A stretch of DNA of 62,575 bases, the filler included. It is 3 parts of 3 records of this genome, joined end to end, with 100 filler letters (N's around TTAATTAATTAA, not from the genome) between each part and the next. Parts side by side here need not be neighbours in the genome. Positions count along the whole stretch, not along the records: positions 1 to 28,193 come from SRR20825006_1758; 2 more parts are not named here. One strand, given 5' to 3'. This document shows, piece after piece, positions 9,489 to 18,944 of this stretch. The position numbers and the translations under genes were made by a program. The notes under the pieces were generated by a model. It saw only the letters and a list, made by a program, of their open reading frames with translations. It made no database searches and was not told where the DNA came from. The first letter of the stretch is position 1, and every line of letters starts with the position of its first letter.

Positions 9489-10538
9489 TTGGAAACCAAA
9501 TTAAAAAAATCATATCGTTTTGCACTGCGCTCATCAGCAATGATTGCAGCAGTAACAACCATCATTATTTCCTTATTTTTCTATTTCGAACTAAGAGGCT
9601 CTATGTATGCTGCAATTCTAATTTTAAGTGTTTTTATTGTTTCCTTTTTTATCATCCAATACCGTGTTGAAAAATTTATATACAAACGGGTTAAAAAAAT
9701 ATATGATGATGTTTCTCTTTTAGAATCTACCAATTTCCAAGCGCAACCTATTACTACAGATATGAGGACGCTAACAGAGGAAATTGAAAAATTTGCAGCT
9801 AATAAAAAACTAGAAATTGAAACTCTTAAAATTCGCGAAGGCTATCGAAAAGAGTTTATCGGAAATGTTTCGCATGAGTTAAAAACACCTCTTTTTACTG
9901 TTCAAGGCTATATTCTTACACTTTTAGACGGCGCAATGGACGATAAAGTTATTAGAAAAAAATACTTATCGAGAGCTAGTAAAGGGGTTGAAAGACTTAT
10001 TTATATAGTGAAAGATTTGGATATGATTACCAAATTAGAGGCAGGCGATTTAAATTTACAACGCGAAAATTTTGATATTGTAGAGCTTACTCAAGCTACT
10101 TTCGACTTAATGGAAATGAAAGCTCACAAGAAAAAAATCACCCTTACTTTCGACTTAGATTACAAGGAGCCAATTATGGTTAGTGCCGATAAAGAACGTA
10201 TTCAGCAGGTTCTTACCAACCTCATTGTAAATTCTATTAAATACGGAAAAGAAGGTGGAACTACCGAAATTAGCATTGAAAACTTAGTAAAAAATAAAGT
10301 TATTGTTAGGGTTACCGACAATGGAGAGGGGATTGAAAAACAAAATATCCCTCGCCTCTTCGAACGTTTTTATAGAGTTGATAAAAGCGGGAGCAGAAAA
10401 GAAGGAGGCTCTGGACTAGGACTTTCCATAGTAAAACATATTATTGAGGCACATAAAGAAAAGATTTATGTGGAAAGCGTTTTTGGAGTAGGTTCCGAGT
10501 TTTCTTTCACCTTAGAAAAGTCTAAAAAGAGCGCTTAA
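9489..10538 (+). CDS. PhoR-like sensor histidine kinase
   Basis: Two transmembrane segments, H-box VSHELKTPL, N-box NLIVNSIKY, DNGEGI, FERFYRVDK, GSGLGL; TTG start. Confidence 0.93.
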   Translation: METKLKKSYRFALRSSAMIAAVTTIIISLFFYFELRGSMYAAILILSVFIVSFFIIQYRVEKFIYKRVKKIYDDVSLLESTNFQAQPITTDMRTLTEEIEKFAANKKLEIETLKIREGYRKEFIGNVSHELKTPLFTVQGYILTLLDGAMDDKVIRKKYLSRASKGVERLIYIVKDLDMITKLEAGDLNLQRENFDIVELTQATFDLMEMKAHKKKITLTFDLDYKEPIMVSADKERIQQVLTNLIVNSIKYGKEGGTTEISIENLVKNKVIVRVTDNGEGIEKQNIPRLFERFYRVDKSGSRKEGGSGLGLSIVKHIIEAHKEKIYVESVFGVGSEFSFTLEKSKKSA

Positions 10539-11564
10539 ATCAAATGTGGATTCAAAGTTGGCCAAGCCCTTAAAATCTGTAACCGTTTCTAACATTTCAA
10601 TTTTAAAATCTTCTTGTTTACAATAAGGAACAAGATTTTCTTTTTGCAATCTTTCTGCCAAATACTCTTGCTCATATTGCCCTGGCGTAGGAATAAAAAA
10701 TGCCTTCTTTCCTAGCTTTGCCAAATCTAAAACTGTAGTATAACCCGAACGCGATAAAACTAATTCACTTTCATTAAACGCCGTTTCAAGCTGGGTAGAA
10801 TTCATATAATTATAAACTGTTACGTTTCCTTCTTGACAAAAATGCTGCTCGTCTTCAATCTTTCCTCTTACAAATAAAACATTGCCTTTATATTTTTGAG
10901 TTTCTTTAAGCAAATTACTTTCTAGTAGAGTACGCTGTGGTTCTGGCCCCGAAATAATAACCATTAACTTATATTTTACGGGCAACTCTTTACGTTCCAA
11001 TCTACTTAATGGCCCTATGTATTTCAATTTCGGATTTTCTTTTTTTAAATGACCTAAGCGGCCACTTAAATTTGGTTCTCCAGCAACATCTGGCACCCAA
11101 CATTCGTCAAACTTTTTGATTATTTTCTGATGCATTTCAGAACTAAACCATGTAGTATTTCCCGTCAATACATTTAATTGATGCGTAATAAAAACTGAAG
11201 GAACTTTTTTAGAATACACCCCCAAACGATTGTCGGAAATTATTCCGTCTAAAGCCAATTCTTTTACCAATTCTTTGGTTCTCTTTTTCTCCTTTTTGAT
11301 GGCATTTAAAATTTTGGGCGAGTCCCAAAGCATCTTCAGTTTAAAATTCTTTGCTTTTTCAGCATATTTTATTTTATAAGAAGGCAATTCCACAAATTGC
11401 AAATCGGGGAATTCTTTGTTTAATAATTTATAAGCCTCTCCATCTGAAGCAATAATTGGCTCAAAATTTTCGGCTATTAATGCTCTTAATATCGGAATGC
11501 ATCTTGTTGCATGTCCAAGCCCCCAATTTAAGGGAGCTACAAGAATTTTCTTCTTTTTAATCAT
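10512..11564 (-). CDS. GT28/MurG-like glycosyltransferase
   Basis: WGLGHATR, SRSGYTT and PTPGQYEQ motifs. Confidence 0.88.
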   Translation of the reverse strand: MIKKKKILVAPLNWGLGHATRCIPILRALIAENFEPIIASDGEAYKLLNKEFPDLQFVELPSYKIKYAEKAKNFKLKMLWDSPKILNAIKKEKKRTKELVKELALDGIISDNRLGVYSKKVPSVFITHQLNVLTGNTTWFSSEMHQKIIKKFDECWVPDVAGEPNLSGRLGHLKKENPKLKYIGPLSRLERKELPVKYKLMVIISGPEPQRTLLESNLLKETQKYKGNVLFVRGKIEDEQHFCQEGNVTVYNYMNSTQLETAFNESELVLSRSGYTTVLDLAKLGKKAFFIPTPGQYEQEYLAERLQKENLVPYCKQEDFKIEMLETVTDFKGLANFESTFDLSALFRLF

Positions 11565-11634
11565 AACTACAAATGAAGTTAATTTTTCACTACGAAAGAT
11601 TTCCTTAATTTTGCCTTTTAATTAAATAATTGTT

Positions 11635-12309
11635 GTGGGGAGTAAAAACAAACTAAAACGCTTTAAGGAAAACGAAACATTTTCAAATGTACTTCAACCT
11701 ACGCGTGATGAATTGGTAGAAGGAAACTTCAATCTAAAAGGAAATTGGAAAGCGTCTTTCTTTAAAAACAATAATCCTATTGTATTGGAATTAGGTTGTG
11801 GAAAAGGAGAATATACTGTGAGTTTAGCTCAAAGAAACCCTAACAAAAATTATATTGGTGTTGATATAAAAGGAGCTCGTTTTTGGCGCGGTGCAAAAAC
11901 ATCGGTTGAAGAAAACTTAACAAATGTTGCTTTTATAAGAACCCAAATAGAACTTATAGAATACATTTTTGCTGCTAATGAAGTGGACGAAATATGGATT
12001 ACCTTCCCCGACCCACAAATAAAGTACAAACGTACTAAGCATAGACTTACAAATTTTAAATTTTTAGAGCGCTACAATAACATTCTAAGCAAAGAGGGAA
12101 TTGTACATTTAAAAACCGACAGCGAGTTTATGCATGGCTACACTCTAGGGTTACTCCACGGATTAAATTATGAGGTTTTATATGCAAACCACAATATTTA
12201 TAAAAATGAAGGAAGTCCAGAAGAAGTAACCTCTATTCAAACTTTTTACGAAAAGCAATACCTTGAAGTAGAAAAACCAATTACATATATTAAGTTTAAA
12301 CCCAACTAA
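11635..12309 (+). CDS. trmB: tRNA (guanine-N7)-methyltransferase
   Basis: LELGCGKG, ITFPDP, KHRLT, LKTDS and TFYE motifs. Confidence 0.95.
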   Translation: MGSKNKLKRFKENETFSNVLQPTRDELVEGNFNLKGNWKASFFKNNNPIVLELGCGKGEYTVSLAQRNPNKNYIGVDIKGARFWRGAKTSVEENLTNVAFIRTQIELIEYIFAANEVDEIWITFPDPQIKYKRTKHRLTNFKFLERYNNILSKEGIVHLKTDSEFMHGYTLGLLHGLNYEVLYANHNIYKNEGSPEEVTSIQTFYEKQYLEVEKPITYIKFKPN

Positions 12310-12947
12310 TGTCGCATTTATTTATCCTTTTTTTTGCTACTTTTTCGGCATCTTTAATGGCGGTAGTTTTCCCTGGTTTAATTAATATCACAGCAGCAAA
12401 AACCAGTGCTAAAAAGGGAAAAACTAGCGGAATGATTTTTGCTCTTGGCGCTTCAACCACAGTTATTTTTCAAGCTTATATTGGAGTTTTAATCTCCAAG
12501 TATCTTTATAAAAATCCAAATGTTATTGACATACTACTAAAAATAGCTTTGGTAGTTTTTGGTTTTTTCGCTATTTATTTTTTCATCTTAGCAAAAAAGA
12601 AAAAAGATATAAAGCACCCTAGAAAGGTAAAGATTAATAAAAACAAGAAAAATGTATTCTTTAAAGGAATGCTTATTTCTGCTTTAAACGTTTTACCTAT
12701 TGCTTATTTCTGCGGACTAAACGCCGCGTGGAATGTTTCTGGCTGGATTAAGTTTCAATTATGGGATATCCTAGTTTTTGTAATTGCTGCAGGACTAGGA
12801 ACCTTTGCAATGCTCTATATGTATGTTTTTTATTTTGATAAACTTCAAGAACGCACCGATACCTTTTCACGCTATTCGGATTATATTTTAAGCGCCTTAA
12901 TGGCTGTTTTATTAATCATCACCTTTGTACGTTTGTTTTATTCATAA
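12309..12947 (+). CDS. LysE-family transporter
   Basis: Hydrophobic multi-pass protein with N-terminal PGLIN motif. Confidence 0.75.
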   Translation: MSHLFILFFATFSASLMAVVFPGLINITAAKTSAKKGKTSGMIFALGASTTVIFQAYIGVLISKYLYKNPNVIDILLKIALVVFGFFAIYFFILAKKKKDIKHPRKVKINKNKKNVFFKGMLISALNVLPIAYFCGLNAAWNVSGWIKFQLWDILVFVIAAGLGTFAMLYMYVFYFDKLQERTDTFSRYSDYILSALMAVLLIITFVRLFYS

Positions 12948-12950
12948 CAC

Positions 12951-13277
12951 ATGGAATCTTCAAATTTTTTTGATCGGGTATATAAAGTTGCTAAACAAAT
13001 TCCATACGGAAGAGTAACTTCCTACGGAGCAATTGCTACATACTTAGGCGCTGCCCGCAGTGCTCGTATGGTTGGCTATGCCATGAATGGTAGCAGTCTC
13101 AAAGAAGATGTTCCAGCCCACAGAGTGGTTAATCGAAAAGGGATTTTAACAGGCAAGCATCACTTTCAAGGCACCAATCTTATGCAGCAATTGCTAGAAA
13201 GTGAAGGCGTTGAAGTAATAGACAATCAAATTCAAAACTTCGAAAAGTATTTTTGGAATCCTTCTGAGGAGCTATAG
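12951..13277 (+). CDS. MGMT-family alkyltransferase-like protein
   Basis: IPYGRVTSYG, ARMVG, PAHRVV (Ala in place of the catalytic Cys). Confidence 0.9.
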   Translation: MESSNFFDRVYKVAKQIPYGRVTSYGAIATYLGAARSARMVGYAMNGSSLKEDVPAHRVVNRKGILTGKHHFQGTNLMQQLLESEGVEVIDNQIQNFEKYFWNPSEEL

Positions 13278-13466
13278 GCATAGTTTTTGAAAACTATGGT
13301 TTTTGAATAAGTCAAAGATTACATCCTCAAATTATTCAATTGTAACTTATCAATAAAATAACTTCATAACAACGTAACTCGATAGCTACTTTAATTTTAG
13401 AGGCGAAGTAATAAAATCTGTAATCTTCAATCCTAACAACGTAATCCCTAAACTTATTCTCTCTTT

Positions 13467-13522
13467 TACTCAATACTTTGTACTTTGTACTTTTCAACTT
13501 TCAACTTTCAACTTTCAACATT
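13467..13522. repeat. Heptamer tandem repeats
   Basis: TACTCAA-TACTTTG-TACTTTG-TACTTTT-CAACTTT x3-CAACATT, all in 7-bp phase. Confidence 0.85.
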
Positions 13523-13529
13523 AAATATG

Positions 13530-13561
13530 TATCTTTGTAATTTAGAATGAGTTTAAAATAA
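13530..13561 (+). promoter_or_regulatory. Bacteroidota -7 promoter element followed by an AT-rich imperfect palindrome
   Basis: TATCTTTG (TAnnTTTG) at 13530-13537; TTTAGAATGAGTTTAAA at 13541-13557 is 12/17 self-complementary; upstream of the Fe-S cluster genes. Confidence 0.45.
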
Positions 13562-13666
13562 AATCAACTCCAAAAAGACGTAAAAAGCTAGGAAATAGCT
13601 TTTTAAACAACTCTTTCTACAAGGAAAAAAGTCACAAAGTGACCACAAGCATAAGAAGAATAAAAC

Positions 13667-14797
13667 ATGAAATTAGATAAAAAAGAAGTTTTAAAAGCAC
13701 TCGAAACGATTTCCGCTCCAGGTGAAGGAAAAAACATGATAGAAAGTGGTGCCGTTACAAATGTTATGGTTTTTGGCGATGAAGTAGTAGTAGATATTAC
13801 TATTAACAATCCAAGTTTACAGGCCAAGAAAAAAACAGAAGTCGAAATTTTAAAAACAATACACGATAAGGTTTTCCAAAAAGCTAAGGTAAAAGTAAAC
13901 ATCAAAGTTCAAGCGCCAGAAAAACCAGAAATTAAAGGAAAAGCAATTCCTGGAATTAAAAATATTATTGCAGTAGCTTCTGGAAAAGGAGGAGTAGGAA
14001 AATCTACCGTAACTTCCAATTTAGCTGTTACTCTTTCTAAAATGGGATTTAAGGTAGGACTTTTAGATGCCGATATTTATGGCCCTTCTGCCCCAATTAT
14101 GTTTGATGTTGTTAACGAAAAGCCACTCGCTATTAATGTTGATGGGAAATCAAAAATGAAACCTATTGAAAGTTACGGAGTAAAAATACTTTCAATTGGA
14201 TTTTTTACACAACCTAATCAAGCCGTTATTTGGAGAGGACCAATGGCTTCCAAAGCTTTAAATCAAATGATTTTTGATGCCGCTTGGGGCGACCTCGATT
14301 TCCTTTTAATAGACCTCCCTCCTGGAACTGGAGATATCCATTTAAGTATCATGCAAGCGCTCCCAATTACGGGTGCTGTTGTGGTAAGTACCCCTCAGAA
14401 TGTAGCTTTGGCAGATGCTAAAAAAGGAGTTGCAATGTTTCAGCAAGAAAGCATCAATGTTCCTGTTTTAGGTATTGTAGAAAATATGGCGTACTTTACA
14501 CCCGAAGAACTGCCAGACAACAAATATTACATTTTTGGTAAGGAAGGTGCTAAAAATCTGTCTAATGATTTAAATGTGCCATTTTTAGGAGAAATTCCAC
14601 TAGTACAAAGCATTCGTGAAGCAGGAGATGTTGGCCGTCCGGCAGCATTGCAAGACAACACACCTCTTGAAATATCGTTTAAAGAAATTACAAAAAATAT
14701 AGTGCAAGAAGTAGTTGGTAGGAACAAAAGTTTGCCTCCTACAGAAGCCATCAAAATTACCACTATGGCAGGTTGTTCTGCGGTTACTAAGAAATAA
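13667..14797 (+). CDS. mrp: Mrp/NBP35/ApbC Fe-S carrier ATPase
   Basis: ASGKGGVGKST, DADIYGPS, WRGPM, DLPPGTGD and VENM motifs. Confidence 0.95.
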   Translation: MKLDKKEVLKALETISAPGEGKNMIESGAVTNVMVFGDEVVVDITINNPSLQAKKKTEVEILKTIHDKVFQKAKVKVNIKVQAPEKPEIKGKAIPGIKNIIAVASGKGGVGKSTVTSNLAVTLSKMGFKVGLLDADIYGPSAPIMFDVVNEKPLAINVDGKSKMKPIESYGVKILSIGFFTQPNQAVIWRGPMASKALNQMIFDAAWGDLDFLLIDLPPGTGDIHLSIMQALPITGAVVVSTPQNVALADAKKGVAMFQQESINVPVLGIVENMAYFTPEELPDNKYYIFGKEGAKNLSNDLNVPFLGEIPLVQSIREAGDVGRPAALQDNTPLEISFKEITKNIVQEVVGRNKSLPPTEAIKITTMAGCSAVTKK

Positions 14798-14808
14798 TTT
14801 ATACAGCA

Positions 14809-15048
14809 ATGACGTCTGAAGAAGTTAAATTAAATGTACAAAAAGCTCTAGAAGAAATAAGACCTTTTTTAGAAAGCGATGGAGGAGACATCAGTCTAGT
14901 TTCCATTGATAATGACAAAATAGTAAATGTAAGACTCGAAGGAGCTTGCGTAGGATGTAGCGTTAACCAAATGACCTTAAAAAGTGGTGTGGAAATGACG
15001 ATAAAAAAATACGCCCCGCAAATAGAACAAGTAATAAATGTAGAATAA
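14809..15048 (+). CDS. NifU C-terminal (Nfu) domain protein
   Basis: IRPFLESDGGD and GACVGC (CxxC) motifs. Confidence 0.93.
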   Translation: MTSEEVKLNVQKALEEIRPFLESDGGDISLVSIDNDKIVNVRLEGACVGCSVNQMTLKSGVEMTIKKYAPQIEQVINVE

Positions 15049-15168
15049 TTTGGGCGTATTTCCCTACCAATAAGCGCTGCTTATTGGTAGGGAAACCGGG
15101 CTTTTGCCACTCGCTTCTAGGCATTACTATGCCTAAAGAGCTCAAACAAAGGCGCAATCCCTTACGCA
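15049..15168 (+). ncRNA. Structured intergenic element resembling the Flavo-1 RNA motif
   Basis: TTGGGCGT start, perfect 17-bp stem 15059-15095, CGGGCTTT, inner TAGGCAT/ATGCCTA stem, CAATCCCTTACGCA end that pairs with the 5' GCGTA. Family assignment is from memory. Confidence 0.55.
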
Positions 15169-15236
15169 TATTAACAAATATCATATAAAAAAAGCATTGG
15201 GAGAGTACCTTTGCATTTTCTAAAAGTTATTTTGTA

Positions 15237-16289
15237 ATGATTCAAACAGATATACTTATCATAGGAGCTGGCCCAACAGGACTATTCACTGTTTTTGAAG
15301 CTGGTTTATTAAAACTCAAATGCCACCTTATTGACGCGCTACCACAACCAGGTGGACAATGCTCTGAAATATATCCTAAAAAACCAATTTATGATATTCC
15401 AGGGTTTCCAGAAGTTTTAGCAGGAGATTTAGTAACCAATCTGATGAAACAAATAGAAGCTTTCGAACCCGGATTTACTCTTGGAGAAAGAGCAGAAACT
15501 ATTGAAAAGCAAAAAGACGATTCCTTTATTGTTACCACCAATAAAGGCACAAAACACCAAGCAAAAGTAGTAGCCATAGCTGGCGGATTAGGAAGCTTTG
15601 AACCTAGAAAACCTCAGCTAGAAAACATTCTTGATTTTGAAGATAAGGGAGTTGAATATATTATTCGTGATCCAGAAATCTATCGAAACAAAAAAGTAGC
15701 GATTGCTGGAGGTGGAGATTCTGCGCTTGATTGGAGCATCTTTTTAGCCGATATTGCTCAAGAAGTAACGCTTATTCACAGAAGAAATGAATTTAGAGGC
15801 GCGCTCGATTCTGTAGAAAAAGTAGAAGAATTAAAAAAACTTGGTAAAATTAACCTTGTAACTCCTGCCGAAGTTACTGCACTTAAAGGTAGTACAAAAC
15901 TTGAAAATATTACTATTAAACAAAACAACGAGGAGTTTGATTTGGAATTAGACCATTTTATTCCGCTTTTCGGATTATCTCCTAAACTTGGACCTATTGC
16001 CAATTGGGGATTAGAAATAGAAAAAAATGCCATCAAAGTAGATAATACATTAGACTATCAAACTAACATTCCTGGTATTTATGCAATTGGAGATGTAAAT
16101 ACCTATCCAGGGAAATTAAAATTAATATTATGTGGATTCCATGAGGCTACTCTAATGTGCCAAAGTGCCTACAAACGTATTTTTCCTGATAAAAAATATG
16201 TCATGAAATACACTACTGTTAGTGGTGTTGATGGTTTTGATGGTTCAAGAAAAGAAGCAGAAAAAGCTGTTGTTAAATCCATTAATTAA
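15237..16289 (+). CDS. Ferredoxin-NADP+ reductase (TrxR-like)
   Basis: IIGAGPTGL, YPKKPIYDIPG, GGGDSALDW and YAIGD motifs; no CxxC. Confidence 0.9.
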   Translation: MIQTDILIIGAGPTGLFTVFEAGLLKLKCHLIDALPQPGGQCSEIYPKKPIYDIPGFPEVLAGDLVTNLMKQIEAFEPGFTLGERAETIEKQKDDSFIVTTNKGTKHQAKVVAIAGGLGSFEPRKPQLENILDFEDKGVEYIIRDPEIYRNKKVAIAGGGDSALDWSIFLADIAQEVTLIHRRNEFRGALDSVEKVEELKKLGKINLVTPAEVTALKGSTKLENITIKQNNEEFDLELDHFIPLFGLSPKLGPIANWGLEIEKNAIKVDNTLDYQTNIPGIYAIGDVNTYPGKLKLILCGFHEATLMCQSAYKRIFPDKKYVMKYTTVSGVDGFDGSRKEAEKAVVKSIN

Positions 16290-16368
16290 AAACTCTACTT
16301 ATTTACTAGAGTTTTATAGTTTTTCAAGGAAGTTTTATTTATTTTTGCCGCTTTAAAAACACAATGCA

Positions 16369-16698
16369 ATGTCCGACATCACAATAAAAATTAAAGACCG
16401 AGAAGGAGAAGTTCACGAAATATTAGCACCAACAGATATGGCTATGAATTTAATGGAAGTAGTTCGTTCCTACGAGCTTGCTCCAGAAGGAACTATTGGT
16501 GTATGTGGAGGCATGGCAATGTGTGCTTCATGCCAATGCTATGTAACCTCAGACCATACCCTACCAGAAATGAGTTATGACGAGGATCTAATGCTTGCCG
16601 AAGCCTTTAATGTAAAAGATAATAGCCGTTTAGGATGTCAAATCCAAATGACATTTGATTTAGACGGGCTCGAAGTGGAGTTAGCTCCAGAGGTATAA
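16369..16698 (+). CDS. 2Fe-2S ferredoxin (adrenodoxin type)
   Basis: CGGMAMCASC and SRLGCQI motifs. Confidence 0.93.
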   Translation: MSDITIKIKDREGEVHEILAPTDMAMNLMEVVRSYELAPEGTIGVCGGMAMCASCQCYVTSDHTLPEMSYDEDLMLAEAFNVKDNSRLGCQIQMTFDLDGLEVELAPEV

Positions 16699-16718
16699 AC
16701 ACCCAATAATTAAAATAT

Positions 16719-16768
16719 ATAAGAGTGAGTATTCTAGTTTTGATGCAGAATACTCACTCTTATTTTTT
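16719..16768. terminator. Long-stem, probably bidirectional terminator
   Basis: 17-bp perfect stem ATAAGAGTGAGTATTCT/AGAATACTCACTCTTAT between convergent genes. Confidence 0.8.
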
Positions 16769-17469
16769 TACTTTAAAAGATTCTTTTTTCGGATCTCAAA
16801 TAGAATTTGAGTTACAAAACTACTATAAGCTTCTTTAGAAGGATGTAAATCGTCTGAGGCAACCAACAAACTGTTTTTTAAACCTTCTCTAGTAATGTTT
16901 GTGACATTTACATAACTCACTCCCATAATCTCTGCAGTCTTTTTAGCAAAGGCATTGTATGAGTCAATTTCGTTTGAAATCTCTTCAGTATTGCCTTTCT
17001 TTTGTCCAAAAGGTGTATACGCATAATCTGGAATTGAAACCACAATTACTCTACTTTTATCACCTTTTGCCAATTGAATTGATTTTGCTAATAACGCAGG
17101 AAAATCCTCTTGATATAAAGAAAAATCTTTTCCTTGATATTGGTTATTCACCCCGATTAAAAGAGTTACTAAATCAAAAGTACTTGCAGGTTGCTCTTCT
17201 TTTATTGCTTGAATAAGATCTGCTGTTGTCCAACCTGTTTTTGCAATAATTTGGAGTCCAATTTTAGCATTGGTATCTTCCGCTAAATCTTCTATTAATT
17301 GTATCGGGAAATTACAGCTTTCGCAAACACTTTCTCCTATTGTATAACTATCTCCTAAAGCTAAATAATTAAAATCTTCTGCTGTTGGAGCACTTGTACT
17401 CTCCATGGATGTTTGTTGTGTTTTACAACCCACAACAAATACCATCAATATAATTACATATTTTTTCAT
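16768..17469 (-). CDS. SGNH/GDSL hydrolase lipoprotein
   Basis: Lipobox VVGC; LGDSYT, GVNN and DDLHP motifs; start placed at MKKYV. Confidence 0.9.
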   Translation of the reverse strand: MKKYVIILMVFVVGCKTQQTSMESTSAPTAEDFNYLALGDSYTIGESVCESCNFPIQLIEDLAEDTNAKIGLQIIAKTGWTTADLIQAIKEEQPASTFDLVTLLIGVNNQYQGKDFSLYQEDFPALLAKSIQLAKGDKSRVIVVSIPDYAYTPFGQKKGNTEEISNEIDSYNAFAKKTAEIMGVSYVNVTNITREGLKNSLLVASDDLHPSKEAYSSFVTQILFEIRKKNLLK

Positions 17470-17586
17470 TTGTTTATTATTTAAGTAGCCGGGGGATATA
17501 ATAAAGGACTTATGCACTCTTTAGGTTGGCAATTTACTACTATTTAGATAATTTAAGAATATATACCTCTAATTATTGGCTAAAAA

Positions 17587-18375
17587 TTAAGAGTTAACTG
17601 GTATGGTTTGCGCCTTAATATCTCGCAAAATTCCATCCCAAAGTTGTGTTCTTTTTTCTAAAGATACCAGCGCAACTTCTTCTACTTCTTGCCACTTATT
17701 TTCATCATTTCCGCAAAGCTCTTCTACCATTTTATAAGCTAGAGGGCCATGTGTATCTCCATCAACTTCTATATGCCTTTCAAAATAATACACCAATCTA
17801 GTCATATCTATTTCTGGATACTCTTGTTGCATATCTTTTAAAATGGCAGTAAACATATCTGGAATTAAATCTTCTCGTCCAAAGGTAAAAGCAGCAGCTA
17901 TTTTATGTGGTTTTCCTTCAGCAATAACTTCAAAAGTAAATTTTAGAAACTCTTGTATGCCACTCGGCAAGGTATTTTTATCTAAAACACTTTGAACATC
18001 TTTTACAGTGGATAAACTATTTACAAAATCTTCTATAGTACTAATTGAAGCTCCACACAGTTGCATGGCTTCTAGATACATTTCATAATGACTTTTGTAA
18101 GCTCCATTTTCGTCAACATCTGTTTCTTCTCCTAAAACAATCTCATTAATTAGATACCTAGTTACAGGATTCCCAACAGGTTTCCAAGGCAAAGAAGTAC
18201 AGGTTAAACTATTTTGAAGCGCCTTTAAAAGCGACATAAAATCCCATACTGCATATACATGGTGCTCTAAAAACGTTTGTAAATGAATTGGAGTTTGGAT
18301 TGCTTTATACAATGGATGTGCCAATAAAACTTCTCTTTGGCTACCTATATGTTCATTAATTTTTTCTATATTCAT
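17587..18375 (-). CDS. DUF3050-type heme-oxygenase-like protein
   Basis: HVYAVWDFMSLLK, NEIVLGEE, SHYEMY, FGRE and RHIEVDGDTHGP motifs. Confidence 0.85.
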   Translation of the reverse strand: MNIEKINEHIGSQREVLLAHPLYKAIQTPIHLQTFLEHHVYAVWDFMSLLKALQNSLTCTSLPWKPVGNPVTRYLINEIVLGEETDVDENGAYKSHYEMYLEAMQLCGASISTIEDFVNSLSTVKDVQSVLDKNTLPSGIQEFLKFTFEVIAEGKPHKIAAAFTFGREDLIPDMFTAILKDMQQEYPEIDMTRLVYYFERHIEVDGDTHGPLAYKMVEELCGNDENKWQEVEEVALVSLEKRTQLWDGILRDIKAQTIPVNS

Positions 18376-18639
18376 AACAATAAATCATGCAAGGCTTATA
18401 AACAATCTAAAACCTATACAGTTTTTAATTTGCAAATATAGAAATCTCAGTCCCAAATAAATATAAGAATTTAAGACTTTTATCATAAAAGACATTATGT
18501 CTGAGCAAAAACACAAGACTGCTTCGCTATAAAGAAACAGCGTAAAGACTAAATTTTAGCTATCATAAAGTTATGAGCTTTATATAAATATAGTTGATGG
18601 GAACAAATTTGACTCATTTTCAATACAAAGTCCTATAAT

Positions 18640-18687
18640 AAACTCAGGGCAGATGCTGAGGAATTAAACCCTCTACGAGGGATTGAA
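18640..18687. repeat. Degenerate partial copy of the interspersed repeat
   Basis: AAACTCAGGGCAGA...TAAACCCTCTACGAGGGATTGAA resembles the 3' half of 288-404. Confidence 0.5.
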
Positions 18688-18944
18688 ACGAACTTTCATT
18701 TATACTTTTTAACAGCAAGAGGTTATATGGAAAATATCTTTTAAACCTTGATATAGCTGGAGTTTATATTTATCGGACAACAGTTCTTAAAAGATAGAAA
18801 CGAAAAACAAACTTTTAAAAACTAAAAATGGACTTAAAATCAATCTAAAACAGTATATTCTCTAAATTAGAGTAAATTATTTATTTTATACTTAATATTG
18901 ATCTATAGATTACTATTAAAAAGTTTTAATCTCTATTAAATTGT

